64,000 bases of DNA, from positions 832,001-896,000 of the forward strand of contig CAVVHE010000004.1 of NCBI GenBank assembly GCA_963748015.1, given 5' to 3'. The position numbers were made by a program, and so were the translations under genes. This document shows positions 8,632-17,973 of this stretch, piece after piece (the first letter of the stretch is position 1; every line of letters starts with the position of its first letter). This stretch comes from Terriglobia bacterium. GTDB lineage: Bacteria; Acidobacteriota; Polarisedimenticolia; Polarisedimenticolales; JAIQFR01. The notes beneath the pieces were generated by a model that worked only from the letters and a program-made list of their open reading frames with translations, was not told where the DNA came from and made no database searches.

Positions 8632-9939
8632 TCACTCCGCGCCCGCGCCCCTTTTCGGCTCGCGAATCCAGAGCGTGAGGAGCAGTCCGGCCGCGAAGAA
8701 CGGCATGGTCCACAGGACGGCGAGACGCTGGTTTCCCGAGCCGCTCGAGACCAGGCCGAAGACGAGGAACGCGAGAATCGAGCCGAGCTGTCCCGCCAGG
8801 ACGTAGAACCCGAAGAACTCCGACTCGCGGTCGGGGGGGGACAGCATGGCCATGAACGAGCGGCCGATCGCTTGCGTGCTACCCATCCCGATCGCCGCGC
8901 CGGTGGCCATCAGCCAGAACATCACCCTTCCGCGCGCGAACGCGCCGTCCACGACCACCGCCACCCACAGGAGGAGCGTCGCCGCGAGCGCGCGCTTCTG
9001 ACCGAAACGGTCGGCCAGCCAGCCCGCCGCGAGGGTGCCGGGGACGGCGACGATGTTGGTGAAGACGAACAGCAGGACCAGCTCGCTGCCGCGGATCCCG
9101 AAGGTCCCGCTCGCGTAGATCGCGCTGAAGCGGATCACCGTGTTGATGCCGCCGAAGAAGCAGACGTAGGCAAGAACGTACTTCGCGGTCTCCCGGTGCC
9201 GCCCGAGGTGGCGGAGGGTGTCGCCGACCCGGCGGAATCCGATGGCGACGTACTCCGAGGGGCGACGGATGCGTCCGAGGGGGGCCGACTCCCTCAGGAA
9301 GAGAAACGTCGGTATCGAGAAGAGGGCGAAGAACCCCGCCACGATGAGGAAGGAAAGCCGGTAGCCGGCCGCCGCGGAGGGATCGAGTTCTCCTCCGGCC
9401 AGCGTCAGCGGCCTGCCGATGAAGCGAGCGCAGGCCACGAGCGACACGAGGCCGCCGAGGAACCCCACTCCCCACGCGAGGCCGGAGATCTTCCCGCTCG
9501 TCTCGGGAGTCGAGATCTCCGGGAGGAAGGCGTTGTAGAAGATGTAGCCCGCCTCGAATCCCACGGAGGCCACGACGTAGAGGCCGAGCGCCAGGCCCAC
9601 GCGGCCGGGTCCCGCGAGCGACAAGAGCGCCGTGGCGACGACGGTTTGGACGACCGTGGCCAGCAGGAGGCGCTTCTTCCTGCCGGAGTAGTCCGCCATC
9701 GCTCCGAGGACGGGCGAGATGGCGATCAGCACGAGATTGACCGCGATCCCCGCCGCGCTCCACAGGAGGTCGCCGGAGGCATTCCCCGTGCCGACCACCG
9801 CCTCGCGGAAGTACACCGAGAACGCCACGGTCGTGATGAGGGTGGTGTAGGACGAGTTGGCGAAATCGAACGCGCACCAGCCGATGACCTGCTTGCGTGG
9901 CACGGGGCGGCGTTCTTCCTCCGCGGCTCGTTTCGGCAT
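8632..9939 (-). CDS. MFS transporter (UMF1/ATG22-like)
   Basis: WCAFDFANS; GAMADYSGRKK; FYNAFLP; about 12 hydrophobic segments; EFFGFY. Confidence 0.9.
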   Translation of the reverse strand: MPKRAAEEERRPVPRKQVIGWCAFDFANSSYTTLITTVAFSVYFREAVVGTGNASGDLLWSAAGIAVNLVLIAISPVLGAMADYSGRKKRLLLATVVQTVVATALLSLAGPGRVGLALGLYVVASVGFEAGYIFYNAFLPEISTPETSGKISGLAWGVGFLGGLVSLVACARFIGRPLTLAGGELDPSAAAGYRLSFLIVAGFFALFSIPTFLFLRESAPLGRIRRPSEYVAIGFRRVGDTLRHLGRHRETAKYVLAYVCFFGGINTVIRFSAIYASGTFGIRGSELVLLFVFTNIVAVPGTLAAGWLADRFGQKRALAATLLLWVAVVVDGAFARGRVMFWLMATGAAIGMGSTQAIGRSFMAMLSPPDRESEFFGFYVLAGQLGSILAFLVFGLVSSGSGNQRLAVLWTMPFFAAGLLLTLWIREPKRGAGAE

Positions 9940-9947
9940 GCCCAGGT

Positions 9948-10832
9948 CTAGCGATCGCCCCAGTGGAGCTTCCGCCGGAGGACCTCGAAGAAGCCCCGAT
10001 GGGCGACCCGCACCAGCCGGACCGGCGCCGGATGGCGGTCCACCGCGAGGGCGTCCGCCGCGCGCATGGGTATGCCGACCTGGCCGTCGAGGGTCAGGTA
10101 GACGTCATCCGGCTCCCCCAGCAGCCGGACGTCGATCTTCACCGAGCCGGGGACGACGAGCGGGCGGAAGGTGAGCATGTGCGGGCAGATCGGCGAGATC
10201 ACGAACGCGGCCATGCGAGGATCGAGGATCGGTCCTCCCGCCGAGAGGTTGTAGGCGGTCGAGCCCGTCGAGGTGGAGACGATGAGCCCGTCGCTGGTGA
10301 AGGTCGCCACCTCCTCTCCGTCCACTCGCACCTCGAGCGTGATCATGCGGGCCAGAGCGCCCTTGGTGATCACCGCGTCGTTGAGAAGGGCGTGCTCGCT
10401 GCGGACCCTCCCTCCCCGCGCGAAGCGCACCCGGAGGGCGTGGCGCTCCTCGATCCACGCCTCGCCGCGGAGAACCTGCTCCAATCCGGGGTAGAGCTCG
10501 TCGGGCTGGAGCTCGGTGAGAAAACCGAGGCCGCCGAAGTTGACCCCGAGGATCGGAACGGAGCGCGGCGCGGCCGCGCGCGCGACCGACAGCAGGGTCC
10601 CGTCGCCCCCCGCCACGATCGCGAGATCGGTTCCCGCGGGAAGCGCCTTCCTGGAGACTCCGTCCTTGCGCCCGAGCGCGCGGGCGGTCTCGGAGTCGAA
10701 TCGCACCCGGATCCCGCGGCTGCGGAGCCAGGCGCCGAGCTCTCCGGCGATGCGGACGCCTTCCTCGGGGCCCATCTTGGCGACGACGAGGACGTTGCGG
10801 ATCTCGCTTCGCATTCGGGACGAGCGCTTCAT
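9948..10832 (-). CDS. nadK: NAD kinase
   Basis: GGDGTLL; GVNFGGLGFL; LND; DGLIVSTSTGSTAYNLSAGG; start overlaps tlyA stop. Confidence 0.96.
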   Translation of the reverse strand: MKRSSRMRSEIRNVLVVAKMGPEEGVRIAGELGAWLRSRGIRVRFDSETARALGRKDGVSRKALPAGTDLAIVAGGDGTLLSVARAAAPRSVPILGVNFGGLGFLTELQPDELYPGLEQVLRGEAWIEERHALRVRFARGGRVRSEHALLNDAVITKGALARMITLEVRVDGEEVATFTSDGLIVSTSTGSTAYNLSAGGPILDPRMAAFVISPICPHMLTFRPLVVPGSVKIDVRLLGEPDDVYLTLDGQVGIPMRAADALAVDRHPAPVRLVRVAHRGFFEVLRRKLHWGDR

Positions 10833-11647
10833 GTCCTCGTCTCCCCGCCGCGCCGGACCGCTTCTTCGATAGCGGCGGCGAGCGACTCGCCCAGGAGGCC
10901 GGGACTCTCCGGCGCAAGGTGCAGGAAGAACTCCACGTTGCCCTCCGCGCCGCGGATCGGGGAGGCAATCGCGCCGAGCACTCCCCACTCGCGCTCCCGC
11001 GCGAAAGCCGCCAGCCTCGCGAGCACCTCGGCATGCAGCGCCGGCTCGCGGACGATCCCGCCGCGGCCCACCTTGCCGCGGCCCACCTCGAACTGGGGCT
11101 TGACGAGCGCCACGATCTCTCCCCCCGGAGCGAGACACGCCGCGACCGGGGGAAGCACCCGCTCGAGGGAGATGAAGGATACATCCATCACGGCCAGCGC
11201 GGGACGGAAGGGGAGGGCGGAAGGATCGAGGTGGCGGGCATTGATCCCCTCGAGGATCGCGACACGCGGATCGTTGCGAAGGCCCCAGTCGAGCTGCCCC
11301 CTGCCGACGTCGAGCGCCGCCACGCGGCTTGCGCCCGCCTCGAGCAGCACCTGGGTGAATCCTCCCGTCGACGAACCGACGTCCAGCGTGTCGAGCCCCG
11401 CGGCGCTCACGCCGAACGCCGCGAGCGCCGCCGAGAGCTTTTGCCCTCCGCGGCTGACGAAGCGAGGCCCCGGTTCCACCTCGATCGGCGCTTCGGCCGC
11501 GATCCTGTGGCCGGGCTTCTCGAGGCGGATGCCGAGAGAGCTGACCCTCCCGGCGAGGATCAACGCCTGCGCCTGAGTCCGGCTCGGTACTAAGCCCCGT
11601 TCGACGAGAACGACGTCCAACCGCTCTTGGCGCCCGCGCGGCGTCAT
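10829..11647 (-). CDS. tlyA: TlyA family rRNA 2'-O-methyltransferase
   Basis: S4 domain ERLDVVLV; FVSRGGQKL; DVGSSTGGFT; DVSFISL; KPQFE; GNVEF. Confidence 0.95.
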   Translation of the reverse strand: MTPRGRQERLDVVLVERGLVPSRTQAQALILAGRVSSLGIRLEKPGHRIAAEAPIEVEPGPRFVSRGGQKLSAALAAFGVSAAGLDTLDVGSSTGGFTQVLLEAGASRVAALDVGRGQLDWGLRNDPRVAILEGINARHLDPSALPFRPALAVMDVSFISLERVLPPVAACLAPGGEIVALVKPQFEVGRGKVGRGGIVREPALHAEVLARLAAFAREREWGVLGAIASPIRGAEGNVEFFLHLAPESPGLLGESLAAAIEEAVRRGGETRT

Positions 11648-12531
11648 GCCGGCCGGGAGACGGCGAAGCGGGCGAGCTCCCTGAGAGGCTCGGAGGCGCA
11701 TCCCGCCCGTTCGAGCGCCTCGATGGCGAGGACGACGCGGCGGTCCGCCTCGTGGCGGGAGGCCTCGATGCCCATGAGGGCGGGGAAGGTCGCCTTCCCG
11801 GCCGCGAGGTCCTTTCCCGGAGTCTTGCCCAGGACCTCGGGAGACGAGGTCGCGTCGAGGACATCGTCGGCGATCTGGAAGGCCATCCCGAGCTCGTGCC
11901 CGTAGCGCTCGAGATGCAGGCGCTCGGCCGCCGACGCGCCGCCGTGGATCGCCCCCACCAGGACGCCGGCCGCGATGAGAGCGCCCGTCTTGTGGGCGTG
12001 GATCCACTCGACCCTCGCGCGGTCGGGTTTGGCACCTTCCGCCTCGAGGTCGGCGATCTGGCCGCCGATCATCCCCGCGGCTCCCGCCTCGCGGGCCGCG
12101 ACGGCGACGGCCTCGGCGCGTCGAGCTGCGCGGGCATCCCCGGCGGGGAAGGTGGCCATCACCTCGAAGGCGAGCGACAGCAGGGCGTCGCCGGCGAGGA
12201 CGGCCTCCGCCTCGCCGAAGGCGCGGTGCACGGTGGCGCGCCCGCGGCGGAGATCGTCGTCGTCCATCGCCGGCAGATCGTCGTGGACGAGCGAGTAGGT
12301 GTGGATCATCTCGAGGGCGGCCGCGGGGTCGAGGACGTCGTCCACGGACCCGCCGCAGGCCTCGCAGGCCGCGATCGCGAGAAGGGGACGCAGGCGTTTC
12401 CCACCGCCGAACACCGCGTAACGCATGGCGCGGGCCACCGTGGCGGAGGGGCCCGAGGGGAGCGGCAGGAGCCGCTCGAGCGACTCGTCGATCCGGACCC
12501 GCCTGGATGCGAGGTAGGCGTCGAGGCTCAT
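11644..12531 (-). CDS. ispA: polyprenyl diphosphate synthase (geranyltranstransferase)
   Basis: GGKRLRP; HDDLPAMDDDDLRRG; GDALL; GQIAD; KTGAL; FQIADD; GKTPGKD. Confidence 0.95.
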   Translation of the reverse strand: MSLDAYLASRRVRIDESLERLLPLPSGPSATVARAMRYAVFGGGKRLRPLLAIAACEACGGSVDDVLDPAAALEMIHTYSLVHDDLPAMDDDDLRRGRATVHRAFGEAEAVLAGDALLSLAFEVMATFPAGDARAARRAEAVAVAAREAGAAGMIGGQIADLEAEGAKPDRARVEWIHAHKTGALIAAGVLVGAIHGGASAAERLHLERYGHELGMAFQIADDVLDATSSPEVLGKTPGKDLAAGKATFPALMGIEASRHEADRRVVLAIEALERAGCASEPLRELARFAVSRPA

Positions 12532-13328
12532 CGCTTCTCGTCCCGGTCCCCTTCGCGGAACTCCACGCGCCGGATCTCGAGAGCGCGGCCGTTCTCGGCG
12601 GAGACGTCGATGAGGACCGCCTGGAGGCGGGCGTCGTCCCGGGCAGGGGAGAATCGAACCGGTCTCTGCGTCAGAAAGCGCTCGAGGACGTCCGCCTTCT
12701 CGACGCCGATGACGGAATCGTGCGGGCCGGTCATACCCACGTCCGTGATGCAGGCGGTGCCGCCGGGGAGCACCCGCTCGTCCGCCGTGGGCACGTGGGT
12801 ATGGGTGCCGAGCACCGCCGAGGCGCGGCCGTCGACGTACCAGGAGAAAGCGATCTTCTCGCTGGTGGCTTCCGCGTGGAAGTCCACGATCGAAACCCTC
12901 GCGCGTCCGGCGTACTCCGCGAAGATCGAGTCGGCGGCGCGAAACGGATCGTTCACCGCCGGCATGAAGACCCGCCCCATGAGGTTGATGACGAGCACGG
13001 GCGTCCCGTCGCGGGCGGCGACCAGGGCCGTTCCGCGTCCCGGAACCCCTTCGGGGTAGTTCGCCGGCCTCAGGAGGCGTTCGTGTCGCTCGAGGTACGG
13101 GACGATCTCCTTGCGGTCCCACACGTGATTGCCGGTGGTCAGGACGTCGCATCCCGCCCGGAACAGCTCCTCCGCGGTCGCGGGCGTGATCCCGTTGCCG
13201 CCGGCGCTGTTCTCTCCGTTCGCGACGACGAGGTCCGGGCGAAGCGTCCCCCGGAGCGCGGCGAGCCCCGATCGGAGCACCCGGCGCCCCGGAAGCCCGA
13301 CGACGTCTCCGACGAAGAGGATCTTCAA
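12528..13328 (-). CDS. ymdB: YmdB-like metallophosphoesterase
   Basis: GDVVG; NGEN; GNH; DFHAEATSEK; GTHTHV; DVGMTG; follows rny as in Bacillus. Confidence 0.94.
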   Translation of the reverse strand: MKILFVGDVVGLPGRRVLRSGLAALRGTLRPDLVVANGENSAGGNGITPATAEELFRAGCDVLTTGNHVWDRKEIVPYLERHERLLRPANYPEGVPGRGTALVAARDGTPVLVINLMGRVFMPAVNDPFRAADSIFAEYAGRARVSIVDFHAEATSEKIAFSWYVDGRASAVLGTHTHVPTADERVLPGGTACITDVGMTGPHDSVIGVEKADVLERFLTQRPVRFSPARDDARLQAVLIDVSAENGRALEIRRVEFREGDRDEKR

Positions 13329-13337
13329 TGACGCGCC

Positions 13338-14888
13338 TCAGACCGCGAACTGGACCGACCGGGTCTCCCGGACGACGCTGACGCGGATCTGGCCGGAGTA
13401 GACCACGTCCTTCTCGATCGCGCGCGCGATGCTCTTGGAGAGCGCGTACGCGTCTTCGTCGCTGACGCTCTGCGTGTCCACGATGACGCGGAGGTCCTTT
13501 CCCGCCTTCACGGAATACGCCTTGACGACGCCGGGGAACGAGAGCGCGATCGCCTCGATCCTCCTCAGGCGCTCGACGAACAGGTCCAGGTTCTCCTTCC
13601 GGGCCCCCGGACGGTTGTCGGAGATGCGGTTCGCGATCCGGAGGAGGAGCGCCTCGAGGGTGGCGGCCTCGGAGTCCGGGTGAAGGCTCTGGATCGCGTG
13701 GACGACCTCCTCGCTCTCGCCGTACTTCGCCGCGAGGTCGGCGGACGCGAGCACGGTGTGGCCCGACGCGGTCTCGTCCACTCGTCCGACCTCGTGCAGG
13801 AGGGCGGCCCTCCGGACGACCTCGACCCGCCCGCCGATTTCCGCCGCCATGTGACCGGCCACCAGGGCGACCTCGGTGCAGTGCTGGAGGAGGTTGTGCC
13901 CGTGATAGGTCCGGAACTTGAGCCGGCCGATGAGCCGGGCGAGGCGCGGATGCGGATCGGAGATGCCCAGGTTGAAGGCGGCCTGCGAGCCCGCCTGCTC
14001 CGTGATCGTGTCGAGCTCCGTCTGGACCTTGGCGACGACCTCCTCGATGCGTGCCGGGTGGATGCGGCCGTCCTCGATCAGGCGCCCGATCGCGACCCGG
14101 GCCACTTCGCGGCGCGTCGGGTCGAAGGACGAGATCAGGATCGCCCGCGGCGTGTCGTCCACGATGACGTCGATACCGGTGGCCATCTCGAGGGCGCGGA
14201 TGTTCCGTCCCTCCCGGCCGATGATCCGGCCCTTCATCTCGTCGCTCGGAAGCTCGATGAAGCTGACGGTGCTCTCGACGGCCTCTCGGAGGTTGATCCG
14301 CTCCGTGGCCTCGAGAACGAGACGGAGCGCGCCGCGCTCGGCGGTTTCGCGGGCCTCTTCCTCGATCCGGCGGGCCAGCCGCGCCCCCTCGCGACGGGCT
14401 TCGTCCTCGAGCGATGCGACGAGCTCGGCGCGGGCCTCCGCGGCCGTCATGCCCGCGGCGCGCTCGAGCGCGGCCCGCGCCCGCTCGAGCTCCGCCCGGG
14501 CGGCGTCGAGAGACTCCTGCACGGACTGCTCGTTCTTCGAGAGGGCGGACTGGCGGCGCGCGAGGTCGCGGCGCTGCCGCTCGAGCGTGGAGGCGTCTCC
14601 CTCGAGCTCCCGCGCGCGCGAGTCGACGGAGGATTCCCGGGCCTCGAGATCGCGGTCGCGCCGGTCGGCTTCCTCCTCGAGGGCGAGGGCCTTCTCCTGA
14701 GCGCCTACCAGGATTTCCCTGGCCTTGCTCTCGGATTCCTGGCGTGCTTCCTCCGCGACGGCGCGCGCCGACTCCCGCCCCCGCGCGACGATGCGCCGCG
14801 CGGTCCACACCGCGGCGGAGAGCACCGCCACCGCGGCAGCCAGGCCCGCCAGGAGCGGAAGACCGAAAGGCGATTCCGATAGCAACAT
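13338..14888 (-). CDS. rny: ribonuclease Y homolog with degenerate HD domain
   Basis: N-terminal TM helix; coiled coil; KH motif MKGRIIGREGRNIRALE; DGRIHPARIEE; RPGAR; RETR C-terminus; HD motif reads LLHEVG. Confidence 0.93.
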   Translation of the reverse strand: MLLSESPFGLPLLAGLAAAVAVLSAAVWTARRIVARGRESARAVAEEARQESESKAREILVGAQEKALALEEEADRRDRDLEARESSVDSRARELEGDASTLERQRRDLARRQSALSKNEQSVQESLDAARAELERARAALERAAGMTAAEARAELVASLEDEARREGARLARRIEEEARETAERGALRLVLEATERINLREAVESTVSFIELPSDEMKGRIIGREGRNIRALEMATGIDVIVDDTPRAILISSFDPTRREVARVAIGRLIEDGRIHPARIEEVVAKVQTELDTITEQAGSQAAFNLGISDPHPRLARLIGRLKFRTYHGHNLLQHCTEVALVAGHMAAEIGGRVEVVRRAALLHEVGRVDETASGHTVLASADLAAKYGESEEVVHAIQSLHPDSEAATLEALLLRIANRISDNRPGARKENLDLFVERLRRIEAIALSFPGVVKAYSVKAGKDLRVIVDTQSVSDEDAYALSKSIARAIEKDVVYSGQIRVSVVRETRSVQFAV

Positions 14889-14992
14889 GCACCCCTCGGG
14901 GCCTTCCGGGCGAGGCCCCTCGGACCGGAGCGGGCGCTGCCGGGTACCTGGGGGATGTCGAGCGCAGCGGAGCGGTCTAGGGGGCTCTCTCA

Positions 14993-15172
14993 GGCCCCCG
15001 CGCGGGCCGTGTGGGCAGATCCGATTGAACCTGGCGCACCAGGTGGGAGCGGCTCGACGACTTCAGGCTTCCCCTTACGAGAGGGGCTTGCACACCGCCG
15101 CCGGAAGTTACGCCCCCGATCAAACGACGTTGGCTCAAGGGAAACAACCCATCACGAACCCCGCAGGGGTCT
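14993..15172 (-). ncRNA. ssrS: 6S RNA
   Basis: Lies between zapA and rny; closing stem ACCCCTGCGGGGTTCGTG / CACGGCCCGCGCGGGGG; internal CTTGAGCC, GGTGTGCAAG, AAGCCTGAA, CCACCTGG, CAGGTTCAA segments typical of 6S; about 180 nt; ends approximate. Confidence 0.88.
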
Positions 15173-15261
15173 CCTCTTCGAATGTTCTGCCCACTTCTAC
15201 CGCCTCAATTGTGTTGCGCGCTCCATCCTCCAGGTCCGAGACAGCACGTACCTGGTCGGCC

Positions 15262-15570
15262 CTACTTTCCGAGTACCTCGTCGAGTAGAGCCAGCAGCCT
15301 GTCCAGTCGGGCCTCGTCCTCGCCATCCAACGTCGGTGCGAGCGCCCGGCCAGCCTGAAATCTCTCGTCCGCGACGTTCAGCGCGGCGAGAATGGCCACC
15401 TTCAACGTGTCCGCCGTGCCCGTGGCATCGGCGACTTCCTTCATCCTTCGATCCACATCGGCCGCGAGCTCCGCGAGATAGGCGGGGTCGCCCTGGCCTC
15501 GAAGATGATACGTCCGCCCGAAGATCGTGACCGGCGTCGAGCGGATTTCCTCGGCGTTCATCTCGCTCAT
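15262..15570 (-). CDS. zapA: cell division protein ZapA
   Basis: VTIFGRTYHLRG; VDRRMKEV; KVAILAALNVADE; upstream of 6S RNA. Confidence 0.92.
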   Translation of the reverse strand: MSEMNAEEIRSTPVTIFGRTYHLRGQGDPAYLAELAADVDRRMKEVADATGTADTLKVAILAALNVADERFQAGRALAPTLDGEDEARLDRLLALLDEVLGK

Positions 15571-15854
15571 ACCTCGCGCTCCGCCGGCGGTGCCTCGACT
15601 TCTCGAGGCGCCACGGCGCCTTCGTCCTCGCGAAGGTCCCGGATGGCGGCCTCGAGCGCGTTGCGAACCTGCTCGGACTTTCCGGGAGGGATACCCCGGC
15701 GCAAAACAACCCCTTCGCGCTCGATCTCCTCGAGCCGCCGGCGCAACCCTCGCATCTCGTCCTCCGCCCGGTCGCGCGCTTCCCTGAGGGTCCGTACCTG
15801 CGCAACCGCCTGAAGGACGCGATCTTCGAGAAGTTTGAGCTTCGCTTCGCCCAT
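15567..15854 (-). CDS. coiled-coil protein, ZapB-like
   Basis: LKLLEDRVLQAVAQVRTLRE heptads; sits between pheT and zapA, overlapping the zapA start. Confidence 0.7.
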   Translation of the reverse strand: MGEAKLKLLEDRVLQAVAQVRTLREARDRAEDEMRGLRRRLEEIEREGVVLRRGIPPGKSEQVRNALEAAIRDLREDEGAVAPREVEAPPAEREV

Positions 15855-15879
15855 CCTTACAATCCTGCAGCCCGGCCCC

Positions 15880-17943
15880 TCACGACCTGAGGCGGGCCTC
15901 TTGCGTCGCCTCGGCCGACGCCACCAACTCCCTACGGTACCCCTCCGTCTCGACGTCGGTCAACGTCTTCTCGGCCGGCTGGAGAATAACACGCACCGTC
16001 ACCGAGACCTCGCCGGGAGCGAGCGGCTCACCCTGGTACCTGTCGAGCGCCTCGAAGCGCACGGGAGCGGGTGAGGGGACGGCGGCAAGGGCGGCCAGCA
16101 ATCGGTGCCAGGTCATCCCGGCGGCGAGCACCAGGGAGAGGTCCCTGGTGACGGCAGGCACCCGAGGCAAGGCGGCGAGACGGCGCGGTGCCGCCGCGTG
16201 CCTCAGGAGGCACGTGAGATCGATTTCCCCGAGGTAGACCTGCGACGGCAGATCGAGCGCGCGGGCCAGGTCGGGATGGGCCTCTCCGCACCACGCGAAG
16301 TCCTGGCCGCTCGGTGACCTCCACGCCACGGAGCGCCCGGGGTGAAGTCCGGGAAGGCCGGCCGGCCGCCGTTCCACGGCGAGGCCGGGGCGGAGGACGG
16401 AGATCACCGACTCCAGGACACCCGCGGCTGCCGGAAGATCGACCTCGACCACGCGTTCGCCGAAATGGCGCGAGGCGGAGGCGCCCGCCCACGCGAATGC
16501 GACCCTCGAGGGCTCTTCGGGAAACCTCTCCGTGGAGCGTTGCAGGAACACGCTGCCGGTCTCGAACAGGCGGACGTCGACGGCGCCCCGCCGGAGGTTG
16601 AAATCCGCCGCCTTCAGGAGGCCGGGGAGCAGGGAGCGTCTCAGCCTCGCGAGCGTCTCGGCGATCGGGTTCGAGAGCGAGAGGGCCGGCTTGCTCGAAG
16701 GGGGGACGAACGCGTCGTCCTCGCCCTGGGCGATCATGGCGTAGTTGAACGCCTCGTGGAACCCGAGATGGGAGAGGAGCGTTCGGCACCGCTCCTCGGC
16801 GGCTTGCCGGGGGCTCGGCGACGTCACGGCGACCGCGGCGGAGGCGGATTCCGGAATCCGGTCGTAGCCGATGTGCCGGGCCACCTCCTCCACGAGGTCC
16901 TCCTCGCGCTGAAGGTCCACTCGCCAGGAGGGCGCGTGCACGACGATCTTTCCGTCGTCCGAATCCCGTGGCGCCAGGCCGAGCGCTGCGAGCGCATCGA
17001 CGATCGTAGCCTGTCCCGGATCGAAGCCGAGTAGGCGCCGCACGCGGGCCGGTCTCAGGACGAGGTGCGCGCGCGCGAGCGGCGTCGTCCCGGCGTCGAG
17101 CACGCCCGGCGCAGCGACGCCGCCCGCCAGCTCGGCGAGGAGAAGCGCGGCGAGCTCCTGCGCGGGAAGGGTTCCCTGAGGATCGGCCCCACGCTCGAAG
17201 CGCTGGCTGGCGTCGGTCGAGAGGCCGAGACGCCGGGCCGTCTTCCGAACGGACAGCGGGGAGAAGTAAGCCGCTTCCACGAGGACGTCCCGGGTCGCCC
17301 CTCCGATCTCGCTGTCGGCGCCCCCCATCACCCCGGCGAGGGCGACCGGTCGGGCGGCGTCCGCGATCACGAGCATGCCGGGCTCGAGGACGCGATCGAC
17401 GCCGTCGAGCGTGACGAGGCGCTCGCCCGCGAGCGCTCGCCGCACGCGGATCTCTCCGCCGCCAAGACGCGCGAGGTCGAACGTGTGGATGGGGTGTCCC
17501 GTCTCGAGGAGCACGAGGTTCGAGGCGTCCACGACGTTGTTGATCGGGCGGAGGCCGCAGGCTTCCAGGCGGGCGGCGACCCAGGCTGGCGACGGACCGA
17601 CCCTCACGCCGAGGATCACCCGGGCGGTGTAGCGCGGACAGAGGTCCGGAGCTTCCACGGCGAGCCTGACGAGGCTCTCGACCCGCTCACCCGTGCCGGA
17701 CGGGGCTCCGCGGCGGGGGAGCAGGGGTCGCCGGAAGGCGGCCGACAACTCCCTCGCCATGCCGACGTGGCCCAGGCAATCCGGGCGGTTCGCCGGGACG
17801 TCGACGTCGAGCACGGGCCCGTCCCGGCTGTCCGTCGAGGCATCCACGGTGAGCCCGCGCGCGGTCAGGGCGGCGGCGATATCGGCTGCTTCGATCCCCG
17901 ACAGATCGAGAATCTCGGCGAGCCACTTGACCGAAACGAGCAT
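15880..17943 (-). CDS. pheT: phenylalanine--tRNA ligase beta subunit (short form, no OB/B2 domain)
   Basis: ANRPDCLGHVG; INNVVD; EEDLVEEVAR; NPI..LRRSLLPGLL; FDX-ACB C-terminus RDLSL; 687 aa. Confidence 0.96.
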   Translation of the reverse strand: MLVSVKWLAEILDLSGIEAADIAAALTARGLTVDASTDSRDGPVLDVDVPANRPDCLGHVGMARELSAAFRRPLLPRRGAPSGTGERVESLVRLAVEAPDLCPRYTARVILGVRVGPSPAWVAARLEACGLRPINNVVDASNLVLLETGHPIHTFDLARLGGGEIRVRRALAGERLVTLDGVDRVLEPGMLVIADAARPVALAGVMGGADSEIGGATRDVLVEAAYFSPLSVRKTARRLGLSTDASQRFERGADPQGTLPAQELAALLLAELAGGVAAPGVLDAGTTPLARAHLVLRPARVRRLLGFDPGQATIVDALAALGLAPRDSDDGKIVVHAPSWRVDLQREEDLVEEVARHIGYDRIPESASAAVAVTSPSPRQAAEERCRTLLSHLGFHEAFNYAMIAQGEDDAFVPPSSKPALSLSNPIAETLARLRRSLLPGLLKAADFNLRRGAVDVRLFETGSVFLQRSTERFPEEPSRVAFAWAGASASRHFGERVVEVDLPAAAGVLESVISVLRPGLAVERRPAGLPGLHPGRSVAWRSPSGQDFAWCGEAHPDLARALDLPSQVYLGEIDLTCLLRHAAAPRRLAALPRVPAVTRDLSLVLAAGMTWHRLLAALAAVPSPAPVRFEALDRYQGEPLAPGEVSVTVRVILQPAEKTLTDVETEGYRRELVASAEATQEARLRS

Positions 17944-17973
17944 CGGAGCTTCTCACGGGGGCAGCTGCCCCCG

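Noticed and set aside
11644..14892. 1082-aa ORF suggesting a giant fusion ending in IspA
   Set aside because: The 5' part is an off-frame shadow of rny and ymdB; the real ispA starts at 12531.
14955..15530. ORFs over the zapA-rny intergenic region
   Set aside because: The region is explained by 6S RNA and zapA.
15880..17943. pheT shorter than the E. coli type
   Set aside because: Loss of the OB/B2 domain is a known lineage trait; the ORF is intact.
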